From the NCBI GenBank assembly GCA_965248205.1, contig CBDFIS010000006.1:3337149-3401148 (forward strand): a stretch of 64,000 nucleotides of DNA, in the 5' to 3' direction. Source of the DNA: Bryobacterales bacterium. Its GTDB lineage: Bacteria > Acidobacteriota > Terriglobia > Bryobacterales > UBA6623. Each line of letters begins with the position of its first letter. The stretch's first letter is position 1. Both the position numbers and the translations under genes were made by a program. Shown here one piece after another: positions 19,362 to 30,416 of this stretch. The notes under the pieces were generated by a model that ran no database searches, was not told the DNA's origin, and worked only from the letters and a program-made list of their open reading frames with translations.

Positions 19362-19955
19362 AGAATCATTATCTCCGATATCCTTTTCGCTTAACCGCGG
19401 GCGGGTCCGAGTAGTACTTGCACCGGTCGTAGCGGGTTTCTGCTGGGTCGAATTCGGGGCCGATGTCTAAAGGTGGGCCGGATCGGGGGAGTAGGGAAGG
19501 TCCTACGACGCATTCGGCGAGCGGGGTCCACTTACAGCTGGGGTTGCTCAGGTGCTCATGGGGTCGATATTGGGGTCAACGGTCCATCGCCCGAACCGTG
19601 CTGTTCTCGATTGAAAGCTTGTAAGCTTTCGACGTCCGGCTGTCGTTGAGGTCTAGGGTTGCTGAATCCAAAGGTACCTCCTACCTCCGCGTGAGCCTGA
19701 GCTGATGCGGAGGTCGATCGTCTCGCTAAAGCATTAGGGGCCAAGACCTTAGCCCCTTCGGGACCGCAGTGCTCCTATGAGGCGCTCCCCCGCGGAGCAA
19801 GAGCCGACCCGAATGGCCTTAAAAACAAAAAGGATAGCAGATGCGACCCGTCCAGCGGTGTCGACAGCGAACCGCGCTGGGGGTCAACAGCCGGCGTCTT
19901 GGGGGGAGTCTCGTCTTCCGCAGACGCGCCCCGTCAGCCCGAACACCTGCTGCGG

Positions 19956-21638
19956 TGATCTTGACCTGGAATTTCCGTTTTGGCCATCCCGCGATGGTCA
20001 GGATACTCCGATCCGCGGCTCGGGTGCAAGGTCTTCGTCTTCCTCTCACGATCGATGCTCCGTTCGCTCCCGTTTGGGTCGCTGAATGCCGCTCGATCGC
20101 CGCGTTCCAGCTCGCTGGAGGGCTTTTCGCCGACACGGCTCCGAGTAGTTCCCTCTTCAGCAACCCAGCGTCTCTTCTCCGTCGCAGCCGTCGCCCGTTA
20201 CCCGCCTGGCACAGGCAGCGCCCAGATCCGCCCCAGCATCTCAGCGAACAGCTTGCGGTTGAGATGCCCCTCGGCCAACAGCAGCCAGTAATAGCGGGCA
20301 TGCTTGACCAGCCGCCCTCCGGTTTTCATCAACCGATGCTGCAAGCTCGTCAGCGACCAGTTCTTGATCCTCTGCGCCAGCCCCAGCCGCCGCCACAGGT
20401 TCCCCAGGTTGTAGGCCAACACGCTCAACTGCAAACGCACCTCGTTTGCCCGGAAACGATGACAGGACAGCCGTGTCCAGTGGGTTGCCTGCTTGCCTTC
20501 CTTGATCCATTGCTCGGCCGTGCCGCGCTTGTTGTAGAAGCGCACCAGCGACCGACTGGGCAAGCTCATGCTCGTGACGATGAACCCGACGCGAGGAAAC
20601 AACTCGCCTTGGTGGTGCTCAACCTTGGCCACAACCCGCCGAGGCTTCGACCAACTCGCGGCCTGATAGCGGAAGCTCTTGTAGCGCACTAGTGGCTTCA
20701 GGCTCGGCCTGCCCGGCGGACGGAACAGAATCTCTTCGATCTCCAACTCCAGGTTCTTGTTTGCTGGGATGCGAATGACGTAGTCCACTCCGCGATCCTC
20801 CAACGCCTCGTAGATCTCCGGCTTGGCGAAGGCGGCGTCGGCGCGGAACGTCACTTGCTTGCCTTCTCCCTGTTGGCGCTCGATCTCGGGCAGCAGCAGT
20901 TCGTCCCAGTCCTCGGCGCTGGACACGTTACCCGCTCGCAGCTTCGCCGCCAGACAATCACCGTGCTGGTTGAACAGCAACAGCGGGTGGTAGCAGGTGG
21001 ACTCGAAATGGCCGTTGTAAGCGCTGCCTTCCTGCTGACCGTGGACCGGGCTTTCCGTGGAGTCCATATCGAGCACGACACGCTCGGACTCGTCCTGCGC
21101 TTGGGCTTGAGCGACCAACTCGCGGTTCACCGCCATCAGCCCAAGCAGGTTCTCTTCACTGGCCAGCAGCTCTGCCTCAAAGCTTTGTAGACGCGACGTA
21201 AGCGCCCCGCCGCGATCCCAGTTCTTCTTCGAGCCGATCAGACGAAAAGTCGGGTCAGCCGAGACACGGGCAGCATCGTTGAGATCCTCGTAGCCGGCGA
21301 GGCGGCTGTAGACCGATTGCCGCACCAGGTCGGCCAGTGGGAACTTCTTGTTTGTGCCTTGCCGCGAATCCGTCAGATGCTCGTCGATCAGCTTGCCCAG
21401 TCCGAGCCGCTCGTCCAGTTCCCGAATGAGAATCAGGCCACCATCCGAGGTGACGCGCGATCCTTGGAAATCGACTTTGAGAAATCCGTTGAAGGTGAGC
21501 TGAAACGGCTTGTTTTCTTTTTCACCCATTGGGTGTTGGCCTCCGTGCGTCCTGACAGGGCTTGAACCCCTATAAATAAAGACGCTGAAGGCCGCTGCAA
21601 GGTCGGGATGCCGAAATCAAATTGGAAATGCGGGTCAA
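19956..21638 (-). mobile_element. IS1380-family insertion sequence (about 1.68 kb); boundaries approximate
   Basis: The ends show gapped inverted similarity (ttgacc..atttcc..ttt..catcccg). A direct repeat ctgcgg lies at 19950-19955 and 21639-21644. The size fits the family. Confidence 0.55.
20198..21529 (-). CDS. IS1380-family transposase
   Basis: FQLTFNGFLKVDFQGSRVTSDGGLILIRELDERLGL...LVRQSVYSRLAGYEDLNDA is the characteristic IS1380 N-terminus. 443 aa. Confidence 0.85.
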   Translation of the reverse strand: MGEKENKPFQLTFNGFLKVDFQGSRVTSDGGLILIRELDERLGLGKLIDEHLTDSRQGTNKKFPLADLVRQSVYSRLAGYEDLNDAARVSADPTFRLIGSKKNWDRGGALTSRLQSFEAELLASEENLLGLMAVNRELVAQAQAQDESERVVLDMDSTESPVHGQQEGSAYNGHFESTCYHPLLLFNQHGDCLAAKLRAGNVSSAEDWDELLLPEIERQQGEGKQVTFRADAAFAKPEIYEALEDRGVDYVIRIPANKNLELEIEEILFRPPGRPSLKPLVRYKSFRYQAASWSKPRRVVAKVEHHQGELFPRVGFIVTSMSLPSRSLVRFYNKRGTAEQWIKEGKQATHWTRLSCHRFRANEVRLQLSVLAYNLGNLWRRLGLAQRIKNWSLTSLQHRLMKTGGRLVKHARYYWLLLAEGHLNRKLFAEMLGRIWALPVPGG

Positions 21639-21764
21639 CTGCGGATTGCCTTCTGGGAGTTCAGGTAGGATAATTGAAGGGAGTTCCGAACCTGTAGATC
21701 CCCCGGCCGGCTTTGTTCTCCTGGGATCTAGCTTCATGAGTATTGTCCTTCGAGGAGTTCGTCT

Positions 21765-23048
21765 GTGAAACAGAACAGATCGGGCCAGACCCTGCGCTGT
21801 TCCTTCTGTCACAAGAGCCAAGAGGTGGTTGGGAAGCTGATCTCGACCCCTGGCGACTACCCCAAAGCCTACATCTGCGACGAATGTGTCGCTGTCTGTA
21901 ACTCGATCCTCGAGGACGACAAGCCCGACCATACCGGGCCGAACTTGTCGTCTCTGCTGAAACCGCAGGACCTCAAGGAGCGGTTGGACCAATATGTCGT
22001 CGGCCAGCACTCTGCGAAAAAAAAGCTGGCTGTTGCGGTCTACAACCACTTCAAACGAGTCTTCATGACGAAGCAGCAACCCGGGTCGGAAGACGTCGAG
22101 CTGCAGAAGTCAAACATCTTGCTGATCGGCCCCACCGGCACAGGCAAGACTCTACTGGCACAGACGCTCGCCAAGATACTGGACGTACCGTTTGCGATCG
22201 CCGATGCTACGACGCTGACCGAGGCGGGCTACGTCGGAGAAGACGTCGAGAACATTATCCTCAAGCTGCTGCAGGCGGCGGACGGTGACGTACAGCGGGC
22301 GCAGCAAGGAATCATTTATATCGATGAGATTGACAAGCTGAGTCGTAAAGACGAGAACCCGTCGATCACACGTGATGTCTCGGGCGAGGGGGTGCAACAG
22401 GCCCTGCTGAAGATTCTGGAAGGTACCGTAGCCAACGTGCCCCCGCAAGGTGGACGCAAGCATCCGCACCAAGAATTTACCCCAGTTGACACGACCCATA
22501 TCCTGTTCATTTGCGGCGGCGCCTTCGTGGGGCTTGAGAAGATCGTTGCCCGCCGGGTCGACCAACGTGTCGTTGGCTTCCGCTCTGCCACGGAGCATGA
22601 GAAGGCATCTTCCGGCTCCAGTGAAAGACCTGACCAGGTCGACCTGGGTCTGTTGGGCCAAGTGCAGCCGCAAGACTTGATTCGGCACGGTTTTATTCCT
22701 GAGTTCGTCGGCCGCCTCCCCGTTGCCGCTGTTCTTGGGGATTTGGACCAGAAGGCGCTGGTCGAAATCCTCACTCGCCCGAAAAATTCACTCATGCGGC
22801 AATACCAAAAGCTGTTCGAGTTCGAGAAGGTCCGACTCGAACTGGAGCCGGAGGCCCTGGAGGCCGTCGCTAATCTCGCCCTGGAACGCAAGGTCGGCGC
22901 CCGGGGATTGCGTATGATAATGGAAGAGATGATGCTCGACCTGATGTATTATCTGCCATCCTATGAGCGGGTCAAAGAATTCGTCGTGACCAAGAAAATG
23001 GTCGAGGAACATCACCTCAACGAGAACCTCTTAAAGAAGGCCGGGTAG
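21765..23048 (+). CDS. clpX: ATP-dependent Clp protease ATP-binding subunit ClpX
   Basis: N-terminal C4 zinc finger (CSFCHK...CDEC), Walker [20 protein letters not shown] start. Confidence 0.95.
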   Translation: MKQNRSGQTLRCSFCHKSQEVVGKLISTPGDYPKAYICDECVAVCNSILEDDKPDHTGPNLSSLLKPQDLKERLDQYVVGQHSAKKKLAVAVYNHFKRVFMTKQQPGSEDVELQKSNILLIGPTGTGKTLLAQTLAKILDVPFAIADATTLTEAGYVGEDVENIILKLLQAADGDVQRAQQGIIYIDEIDKLSRKDENPSITRDVSGEGVQQALLKILEGTVANVPPQGGRKHPHQEFTPVDTTHILFICGGAFVGLEKIVARRVDQRVVGFRSATEHEKASSGSSERPDQVDLGLLGQVQPQDLIRHGFIPEFVGRLPVAAVLGDLDQKALVEILTRPKNSLMRQYQKLFEFEKVRLELEPEALEAVANLALERKVGARGLRMIMEEMMLDLMYYLPSYERVKEFVVTKKMVEEHHLNENLLKKAG

Positions 23049-23124
23049 TTTCCCCAACGAATTCGGCCTACGGCAGGCCATTCACCCAGCACTCATCGCC
23101 AGAGCGTAACCCACCCATACTCGC

Positions 23125-25572
23125 ATGCAATCGATCAAAGAGAAATCGGAGACGCGTCGGCTACCCATGATGCCGATCCGCGACGTGGTCATCTTTCCGC
23201 ACATGATGACCCCTTTTGTCGTGGGAAGAGAGTCCAGCGTCCGGGCGTTGGAAGAAGCCCTGGTCGGCGACAAGAAGATCTTTCTGGCTACACAGCATGA
23301 TGCTTCCGTCGATGACCCTAAGCCTGACCAGATCTATCAGGTGGGCTCGATCGTCAACATCGTGCAGAGCCTTAAGTTGCCCGACGGCAACGTCAAAGTT
23401 TTGGTCGAGGGCGTCGAGCGCGCGCAAGTGGTGTCGGTCAGCCTCGAGGAGGGGTTCCACCGCGCGACGGTCCGAACCACGAACTTCCAGGTCGAGAGCA
23501 GTCCCCAGCTGGAGGCTCTGATCGGTCGGGTCACCTCGCTTTTCGAGCAATACGTCAAGCAAAGCCAGAACCTGAATTACGAAACCATGATCGCCGCCGT
23601 GCGAGTGGACGATCCGGGCAAACTGGCCGACACGATCGGCGCCAACCTGCAGCTTACGATCCCCGAAAAACAAGATTTGCTTGAAATATTCGACCCCATC
23701 GAGCGCCTCACGCGTATTGCTGAAGTTCTCGATATCGAGATTGAGAAGTTGGGCGTCGATCGCACCGTCCAAGGTCGCGTGAAGCGGCAGATGGAAAAAG
23801 CACAAAAGGAGTACTACCTCAACGAAAAGATCAAGGCCATCCAGAAGGAACTGGGTCGGGGCGAGAAGAGCGAGTTTGACGAACTGCGCAAGAAGATCGA
23901 CGCCTCCGGCATGAGCAAGGAGGCTCTGGAGAAGGCCACCACCGAACTCAAGCGACTGGAAGCCATGCCTCCCATGTCAGCCGAGTCTACGGTCTCGCGC
24001 AACTACATCGATTGGTTGCTGGCGGCGCCGTGGAAAAAGAAGAGCCGAGAAATCCGCGATCTGAACTTCGCCGAGAAGGTGCTCAACGAAGACCACTATA
24101 GTCTCGAAAAAGTCAAGGACCGCATCCTGGAATTTCTCGCCGTGCGCCGCCTGGTGAAGGATCCCCGAGGCTCTATTCTCTGCTTCGTCGGACCTCCGGG
24201 CGTTGGCAAGACCTCCCTGGGACGATCCATCGCCAGGGCCACCGGCCGCAAGTTCGTTCGCCTGTCGTTGGGTGGAGTGCGCGATGAAGCCGAAATCCGA
24301 GGGCACCGGCGAACCTATATCGGGGCCCTGCCGGGCCAAATCATTCAGATGATGAAGAAGGCCGGAACGCGGAACCCGGTCTTCATGCTCGACGAAATCG
24401 ACAAGATGTCGACCGACTTCCGAGGAGACCCCTCGGCGGCGCTGATGGAAGTGCTCGACCCCGAACAGAACCACATGTTCATGGACCACTATCTCGATGT
24501 CGAGTACGACCTCAGCAAAGTTTTCTTCATCGGGACCGCCAATGTCTTGCACACTTTGCCGCCGGCGTTGCAAGATCGGCTGGAGATCATCAGGCTAAGC
24601 GGCTATACCGAGTTTGAGAAAGTTGAGATCGCCAAGCGCCACCTGGTTGAGAAGCAGCTCAAGCAAACTGGCCTAAAGCCTTCGCAGCTCGCATTCACCG
24701 ACGAGGGACTCCAAGCGCTTGTCCAGCAGTACACCCGCGAGGCGGGCGTGCGCAACCTCGAGCGCGAGATCGGCAACGTCGGACGTAAGGTCGCGCGCAA
24801 AGTCGTCTCCAAGGCAAAGGGTAAGGCCAAGGCCAAGGCCAAAGCGAAAGACAAAGATAAGGTCGTCATCACTCCGGACAACTTGGCTGACTTGCTGGGC
24901 GTACCCAAATACCGCGACCTCGAAGTGGAAAAGACCAACGAGGTGGGCGCTGCGGTGGGGCTGGCTTGGACGGAAGTCGGCGGCCAGTTGCTTAACATCG
25001 AAGCCACGCTGATGGATGGCAAGGGCAAGCTCACCAGTACCGGCCAGCTCGGCGACGTGATGCAGGAATCGGCTCAAGCCGCCATGAGCTATGTGCGTTC
25101 TCGTTCTCAGGCTTTTGGTCTCCCGAAGGATTTCTACCGGCACCTCGATGTTCATATTCACATCCCGGAAGGAGCTATTCCCAAGGATGGACCTTCGGCC
25201 GGCATAACGTTGACGACGACATTGGTGAGCGCATTGACGCGCATCCCCGCCCGCGGCTCTGTCGCCATGACCGGGGAGATCACGTTGCGCGGGAAGGTGC
25301 TCCCGATCGGGGGGATGAAGGAGAAGTTGTTGGCTGCACATCGCCACGCCATCCACGAGGTGATTTTGCCCAAAGACAACGAAAAGGATGTTCCTGACAT
25401 CCCCGAAAACATTCGCGCGGTCATGAAGCTCCATTTCGTTGAACATATGGACGAGGTGTTGATGGTCGCGCTCGAGCGCCCCATCGAGGGCCTAAGTGTT
25501 CCAGCGGTCCCGTCGGAGGCTGTAGAATCTACGCGCCCGAGCGCAAAGACGGGCCGGAAAGTCACGCACTAA
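23125..25572 (+). CDS. lon: ATP-dependent Lon protease
   Basis: LON N-domain, Walker [10 protein letters not shown], and protease domain with [10 protein letters not shown] (catalytic Ser). Contains a K/A-rich insert. Confidence 0.95.
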   Translation: MQSIKEKSETRRLPMMPIRDVVIFPHMMTPFVVGRESSVRALEEALVGDKKIFLATQHDASVDDPKPDQIYQVGSIVNIVQSLKLPDGNVKVLVEGVERAQVVSVSLEEGFHRATVRTTNFQVESSPQLEALIGRVTSLFEQYVKQSQNLNYETMIAAVRVDDPGKLADTIGANLQLTIPEKQDLLEIFDPIERLTRIAEVLDIEIEKLGVDRTVQGRVKRQMEKAQKEYYLNEKIKAIQKELGRGEKSEFDELRKKIDASGMSKEALEKATTELKRLEAMPPMSAESTVSRNYIDWLLAAPWKKKSREIRDLNFAEKVLNEDHYSLEKVKDRILEFLAVRRLVKDPRGSILCFVGPPGVGKTSLGRSIARATGRKFVRLSLGGVRDEAEIRGHRRTYIGALPGQIIQMMKKAGTRNPVFMLDEIDKMSTDFRGDPSAALMEVLDPEQNHMFMDHYLDVEYDLSKVFFIGTANVLHTLPPALQDRLEIIRLSGYTEFEKVEIAKRHLVEKQLKQTGLKPSQLAFTDEGLQALVQQYTREAGVRNLEREIGNVGRKVARKVVSKAKGKAKAKAKAKDKDKVVITPDNLADLLGVPKYRDLEVEKTNEVGAAVGLAWTEVGGQLLNIEATLMDGKGKLTSTGQLGDVMQESAQAAMSYVRSRSQAFGLPKDFYRHLDVHIHIPEGAIPKDGPSAGITLTTTLVSALTRIPARGSVAMTGEITLRGKVLPIGGMKEKLLAAHRHAIHEVILPKDNEKDVPDIPENIRAVMKLHFVEHMDEVLMVALERPIEGLSVPAVPSEAVESTRPSAKTGRKVTH

Positions 25573-25647
25573 TAGAGCAGAGTTGCGGATTTGGACTTCA
25601 TTGCCCCCAGCGACACAATGGGGACGGCGTTCCGACCGTAGCCGCTC

Positions 25648-26259
25648 ATGGCTGCAGAGTTCGTTGCTAGCGCCTCCGATGCGGGGCAGTTTCCTCGAGA
25701 CGGATCAGCCGAAATTGCGTTCGTGGGCCGCAGCAACGTTGGCAAATCAAGCCTGCTGAACGCTCTGCTGCTCCGGGGGAACAAGCGGGCGGGCCGTCAC
25801 CCCGCCTTGGATCGCAAGAAGCTGGCTCGTGTAAGTCGGACCCCGGGCCGCACGCGGACACTCAACTTTTACCGAATCGAAGGGGCGTTTTACTTCGTTG
25901 ATCTTCCAGGCTATGGCTATGCCAAGGTCTCAAAGAAGGAGATGGCTGCTTGGAAAACTCTTGCCGAAAGCTACCTCCTCAACCGCCCGGCCTTGCGCTT
26001 GGTGGTCGTCATTATTGACGCCCGCCACGGCGCTTCGCCGTTGGACGTACAGATGACAGAATGGCTCGCCGCTCACCGTTATCGCTTTGTGGTCGTCGCT
26101 TCGAAGGCCGACAAGCTCAAGAAGGCCGAGCGCCTGCGCGCCGCGCAAGAGATCCGAGAGAATTTCTATTCCCCGCTGGCCTTCTCCGCCAAAACCGGAG
26201 AAGGGGTCAGCGCCCTGTGGAGCGAAATCCGTAAGGCCCTCACACCCCCCAACCCCTAA
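25648..26259 (+). CDS. engB: ribosome biogenesis GTP-binding protein EngB/YihA
   Basis: GRSNVGKSSLLNAL (G1), DLPGYG (G3), SKADK (G4). About 13 extra residues lie between G1 and the switch region. Confidence 0.85.
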   Translation: MAAEFVASASDAGQFPRDGSAEIAFVGRSNVGKSSLLNALLLRGNKRAGRHPALDRKKLARVSRTPGRTRTLNFYRIEGAFYFVDLPGYGYAKVSKKEMAAWKTLAESYLLNRPALRLVVVIIDARHGASPLDVQMTEWLAAHRYRFVVVASKADKLKKAERLRAAQEIRENFYSPLAFSAKTGEGVSALWSEIRKALTPPNP

Positions 26260-26280
26260 ACTGCCACATCCGAGGACATC

Positions 26281-27582
26281 ATGCCTTCCCGCACACAACA
26301 GTCTTCACGCTCTCCAAGAGAAGAAAGCGCACCCGTCGACCTGGCGGCCCTCAAAGACATGAACATCACCCAGCTGAACCAGCTGGCGAAAGAGCTGGGT
26401 GTCGAAGGTACGGCCGGTCTCCGCAAGCAAGAGCTGATTTTCAAGGTCCTGCAAGGAAAGGCGGAGAAGAGTGGCCTTATCTTTTCCGAGGGAGTACTCG
26501 AAACCCTGCCGGAAGGCTTCGGTTTCTTGCGTGCTCCGGAATATCATTACCTTCCCGGCCCCGATGATATCTACGTCTCGCCCTCGCAGATCCGGCGCTT
26601 CGATCTCAGAACCGGGGACACCATCTCCGGCCAAGTGCGTCCGCCGAAGGAAGGTGAGCGCTATTTCGCCCTTATCAAGGTCGAGGCGATCAACTTCGAA
26701 CCGCCCGAAGCCTCGAGGAACAAGATCTTCTTCGACAATCTAACGCCCCTTTACCCCGAGGGACGAATACGTCTCGAAAGCACCAAAGAGAACCTCAGCG
26801 GCCGGGTGATGGACCTCCTAACTCCGATCGGCAAAGGCCAACGGGGTCTCATCGTTTCGCCTCCCCGTACCGGCAAGACGATGCTGCTGCAGTCTATCGC
26901 CAATTCCGTCACCGCGAACGAGCCCGAAGTCATCCTGATCGTCCTGCTGATTGACGAGCGGCCGGAAGAAGTGACCGACATGAAGCGCTCGGTCAAGGGC
27001 GAGGTGATCAGCTCGACCTTTGACGAACCCGCCACCCGGCACGTCCAGGTGGCCGAGATGGTCATCGAGAAAGCCAAGCGGCTGGTCGAGCACAAGCGCG
27101 ATGTGGTGATCCTGCTCGACTCGATCACCCGTTTGGCAAGAGCCTATAACACGATCGTTCCGCCCTCGGGCAAAATCCTCTCCGGTGGTGTCGACTCGAA
27201 CGCCCTGCAGCGCCCCAAGCGTTTCTTCGGCGCGGCCCGCAATATCGAAGAGGGTGGCTCGCTCACCATCGTCGCCACCGCCCTGATCGACACCGGCAGC
27301 CGCATGGACGACGTCATCTTCGAGGAGTTCAAGGGAACCGGCAACTTGGAGATTCACCTTGACCGCAAGCTGGTCGACAAGCGAGTCTTCCCCGCCATTG
27401 ATATCAATCGCAGCGGCACTCGCAAGGAAGAATTGCTGCTATCGAAAGAAGAGCTCAACCGCGTCTGGGTGTTGCGCAAGGTGCTGAGCCAGATGTCGGC
27501 GGTCGATACGATGGAGCTGCTTCTCGACAAGATGGGCAAGACCGCCACCAACGCCGAATTCCTGAGTTCGATGACGACGTAG
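26281..27582 (+). CDS. rho: transcription termination factor Rho
   Basis: Rho N-terminal domain and RNA-binding domain (GFGFLR), Walker A PPRTGKT, full-length pattern. Confidence 0.95.
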   Translation: MPSRTQQSSRSPREESAPVDLAALKDMNITQLNQLAKELGVEGTAGLRKQELIFKVLQGKAEKSGLIFSEGVLETLPEGFGFLRAPEYHYLPGPDDIYVSPSQIRRFDLRTGDTISGQVRPPKEGERYFALIKVEAINFEPPEASRNKIFFDNLTPLYPEGRIRLESTKENLSGRVMDLLTPIGKGQRGLIVSPPRTGKTMLLQSIANSVTANEPEVILIVLLIDERPEEVTDMKRSVKGEVISSTFDEPATRHVQVAEMVIEKAKRLVEHKRDVVILLDSITRLARAYNTIVPPSGKILSGGVDSNALQRPKRFFGAARNIEEGGSLTIVATALIDTGSRMDDVIFEEFKGTGNLEIHLDRKLVDKRVFPAIDINRSGTRKEELLLSKEELNRVWVLRKVLSQMSAVDTMELLLDKMGKTATNAEFLSSMTT

Positions 27583-28567
27583 TGGCCCGCACTACACACT
27601 GCTGGCAACATTCCACTTAATGCTGGCCCCGGGGCGTCAGCCCCGGGTGGCCGTGCCGGGTCCCCTCCTTTCGACGCCCGACATCGCGGCTCCGAGCGTA
27701 TGGCATCAACCGTCCTTGTGGCGCAGGTCCCCAGACCTGCCGTGTCGGTACTCCTACCGACACCGGTCGCCCCGCCCGCACACCGGTCGCTCCTTTCGGC
27801 GTTCGGCCCACTCCTAGCGGCCGAGCGGGGCTTGGGGTGGGGCAAAAAAGTCGTCCGTCCCTACGGCCGATTCCCTTCTTCTTACCCCTTGGCCACGGAC
27901 GCTACACCCTCGCTAGGCGGCGTTTTCCTTGCGCTAGGACACGATTTCTGCACGGAAAATCCGGCCTCGACGACGCTTTCCAGCACTCCCACAGAACCCT
28001 GTCACAGACTTTTCACATTTTTTCTCCTCGCCATCTCAATGACCTACGCCCCTGGGGCCCTTCCGGCCCGCCATCCGTCTCGTATTCTGGTACGGGGCCC
28101 AGAAAGCGGAATCTCGGAGGGATGACCCTCGTATTTCCGCCACTTTCTGCCACCGCCATTTCTCCGGGCGGCTGGAAGTGCTGCTATGTCTTACAATGCA
28201 GAAGACTTAACCAGCAAGCAGAAGGCTCTCATCGCCGCTCCCCTCGGCTGCCAACCCACCGCCAGGTGACGAAAATCGCCCGCTAGCCTACTCCTAGGCC
28301 GTGTTTTTTGCCCGCGAGGCGGCTTTTTCTGCCCGGACACGTGGTGGAATAGCGCTTGGAGAAGATTTGGTAGCGCATGGCTCGGCGGTCGTTTTGCCGA
28401 GACGTGCGGCCGTTGGTTAGTCCCTATTGAATGAATGTTATTGACGTGACAGCGGCAAACGCGGGTTGCACAGGCAATCGTGCCCGTGCACCACGTAGCA
28501 TCGTGAGGAGTCGAGATCTCAGGGCCGTTCTTCCCCAAGGCCCCGATCCGCTACAATCGGTCGCAAT

Positions 28568-29563
28568 ATGACTAAGAGTCCCATCTGCCGCGCGTCTGCC
28601 ACCGCCGCTCTTCTATCGCTTGTGTTGCTGACCGCCTGCGGCTCGTCGCCGGGACCCGGCGACGACAAGCTGTCCATCGCTGTCATCCCCATGGGGACGA
28701 CCCACGAATATTGGAAGTCTATCCACGCCGGTGCCATCAAGGCCTCCCAAGAGCTGGATGTCGAGATCGTTTGGAAGGGCCCCCAAAGGGAAGACGACCG
28801 ATCCCAACAAATAGCCGTCGTCGAGGACATGATCTCGTTACGCGTGGACGGCATCGTCATTGCGCCGCTCGATCGGACGGGCCTGCGCAGGCCTGTCGCC
28901 GAGGCCAAGCAAGCCGGTATCCCGACCGTCGTGGTTGACTCAGGACTCGAAGGCGACGAGCACATCAGCTTCGTGGCGACCAACAACCGCAAGGGAGGCG
29001 TGGTCGGCGCCCAACGGCTCGCCGAGATCCTCGACGGCCGCGGCAAAATTATTCTGATGCGCGTTTTGGTGGGTGCCGAAAGCAGCATGGACCGCGAGGA
29101 AGGCTTTCTGGAAGAAATCGGGAAATACCGTGACATCGAGATCCTCAGCGACAACCAATACGGTGGCGCCACCACGGAAACCGCCTACCAAGTCGGCGAG
29201 AACTTGCTCAACCGCTTTCCCGAAGTGGACGGTATCTTTTGTCCGAACGAGTCGACAACGTTTGGGATGCTGCGGGCTCTGACGGACGCCGGCAAGGCGG
29301 GCAAAGTCAAATTTGTCGGCTTCGACAGCAGTGAAAAGATGATCACCGCTCTCCGCGAGCGGCATCTCTACGGTTTGGTGCTCCAGAACCCGTTCCTAAT
29401 GGGACAAATAGGCGTCAGGACGATCGTCGACTACGTTCGACATCCCGAGAAACAGCCGCCCAAGCGAATCGACACCGGTGTCCGCATGGCGACCCCGGAA
29501 AACATGGATCAGCCCGACATGCTAAGCCTCCTGCGCCCGCCCCTCGAAGAATACTTGGAATAG
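28568..29563 (+). CDS. sugar ABC-type periplasmic binding lipoprotein (RbsB/PBP1 fold), orphan
   Basis: Lipobox LLTAC, then the typical PBP1 pattern (IAVIPMGTTHEYW..., VDGIVIAP, FVATNN). No adjacent permease or ATPase genes. Confidence 0.75.
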   Translation: MTKSPICRASATAALLSLVLLTACGSSPGPGDDKLSIAVIPMGTTHEYWKSIHAGAIKASQELDVEIVWKGPQREDDRSQQIAVVEDMISLRVDGIVIAPLDRTGLRRPVAEAKQAGIPTVVVDSGLEGDEHISFVATNNRKGGVVGAQRLAEILDGRGKIILMRVLVGAESSMDREEGFLEEIGKYRDIEILSDNQYGGATTETAYQVGENLLNRFPEVDGIFCPNESTTFGMLRALTDAGKAGKVKFVGFDSSEKMITALRERHLYGLVLQNPFLMGQIGVRTIVDYVRHPEKQPPKRIDTGVRMATPENMDQPDMLSLLRPPLEEYLE

Positions 29564-29591
29564 GAAAGTCGCAGCCTGTCCCCAACTTTTC

Positions 29592-30416
29592 GTGATTCTT
29601 CCCATGTCAAACGTCCACCTTACACTGCGCCTTTTGTTACTGGCTCTGAGTTGCTCGGGGGTCATGTACTGTCAAGACGAAGGCACCGATGCGGTGGAAC
29701 CCCGGTTAGACTGCGAGATTGTCGCGGGAAACAAAGATTCTAAAAGTACAGATGACATCCCGGAGGTGAGTAGTCTACAACGAATCAGGGTCCGATGCGA
29801 ACTTGTGAATGCGGGTGTTCGATCGAACCTTGTGCCGCTGGAGGCTCTTAGCATTGAGGTGACTGCGGTAGACGGCGCCGCAATCGCTAGTCTTCCAGTG
29901 AAGTTTACCTTCTCGGGAGGAGGCGGCACGCCGGAGAGGCGGCATGTATCAGCGTTGCTCCTTTTGCCCATTCCAGAGGAACAGCGGCAACAGAATATCA
30001 GGGCCTACCTGAGTCGAATGGTGGAAGTTCAAGAGTCATGGTTTGAGGAGCTTCGAACCAAGATCGATCAGATTGATCCTGAAAAGCGCTCGATCGTCGA
30101 ACAATTGCGAGAGCATTGGTCAGCTGGCGCCACCGACGGGACGGTTGAACGGGTATTGGAGGCTCGCTATGTCGAAAACCGAGTGGGCACTTTCGAAATG
30201 AGATGCCGATATCAGCCTATGCAAGTTGGTGGACCGGAAGGCGAGAAACTCACATCACGACCGGTTAGGTTTAGAGTCCGAAACGACGGGACTTTCATGG
30301 ACACTCTGATCGACGAGCTTGAGTCGCAGAAAGCCACTGGAGCCAATGAGATGTTGCGACTTTTTGATGAGATTGAATTAGAGGGACAGGGTCAAACTAA
30401 GTACACAATTTCATAA
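29592..30416 (+). CDS. secreted hypothetical protein; 3' end runs into the IS630 terminus
   Basis: Signal peptide present. GC is visibly lower than in neighbouring genes. The last five codons and the stop (KYTIS*) come from the IS630 end. Confidence 0.5.
   Translation: MILPMSNVHLTLRLLLLALSCSGVMYCQDEGTDAVEPRLDCEIVAGNKDSKSTDDIPEVSSLQRIRVRCELVNAGVRSNLVPLEALSIEVTAVDGAAIASLPVKFTFSGGGGTPERRHVSALLLLPIPEEQRQQNIRAYLSRMVEVQESWFEELRTKIDQIDPEKRSIVEQLREHWSAGATDGTVERVLEARYVENRVGTFEMRCRYQPMQVGGPEGEKLTSRPVRFRVRNDGTFMDTLIDELESQKATGANEMLRLFDEIELEGQGQTKYTIS

Noticed and set aside
19380-19600. Second possible selenoprotein: a small minus-strand frame ATG-GAC-CGT-TGA followed by a Cys-containing peptide (…SCKWTPLAECVV…DRCKYYSDPP)
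   Set aside because: There is no RBS, no recognisable fold, the TGA is not at a position alignable to a redox Cys, and I found no downstream hairpin. It is most likely chance.
19841-20692. 283-aa plus-strand ORF
   Set aside because: It is antisense to the IS1380-family transposase and to IS-internal sequence. It is Pro/Arg/Ala-rich with no motif.
24811-24861. Short tandem repeat as a possible CRISPR or other array
   Set aside because: It is an in-frame hexamer repeat inside lon that encodes a K/A linker. No repeat-spacer architecture exists anywhere in the window.
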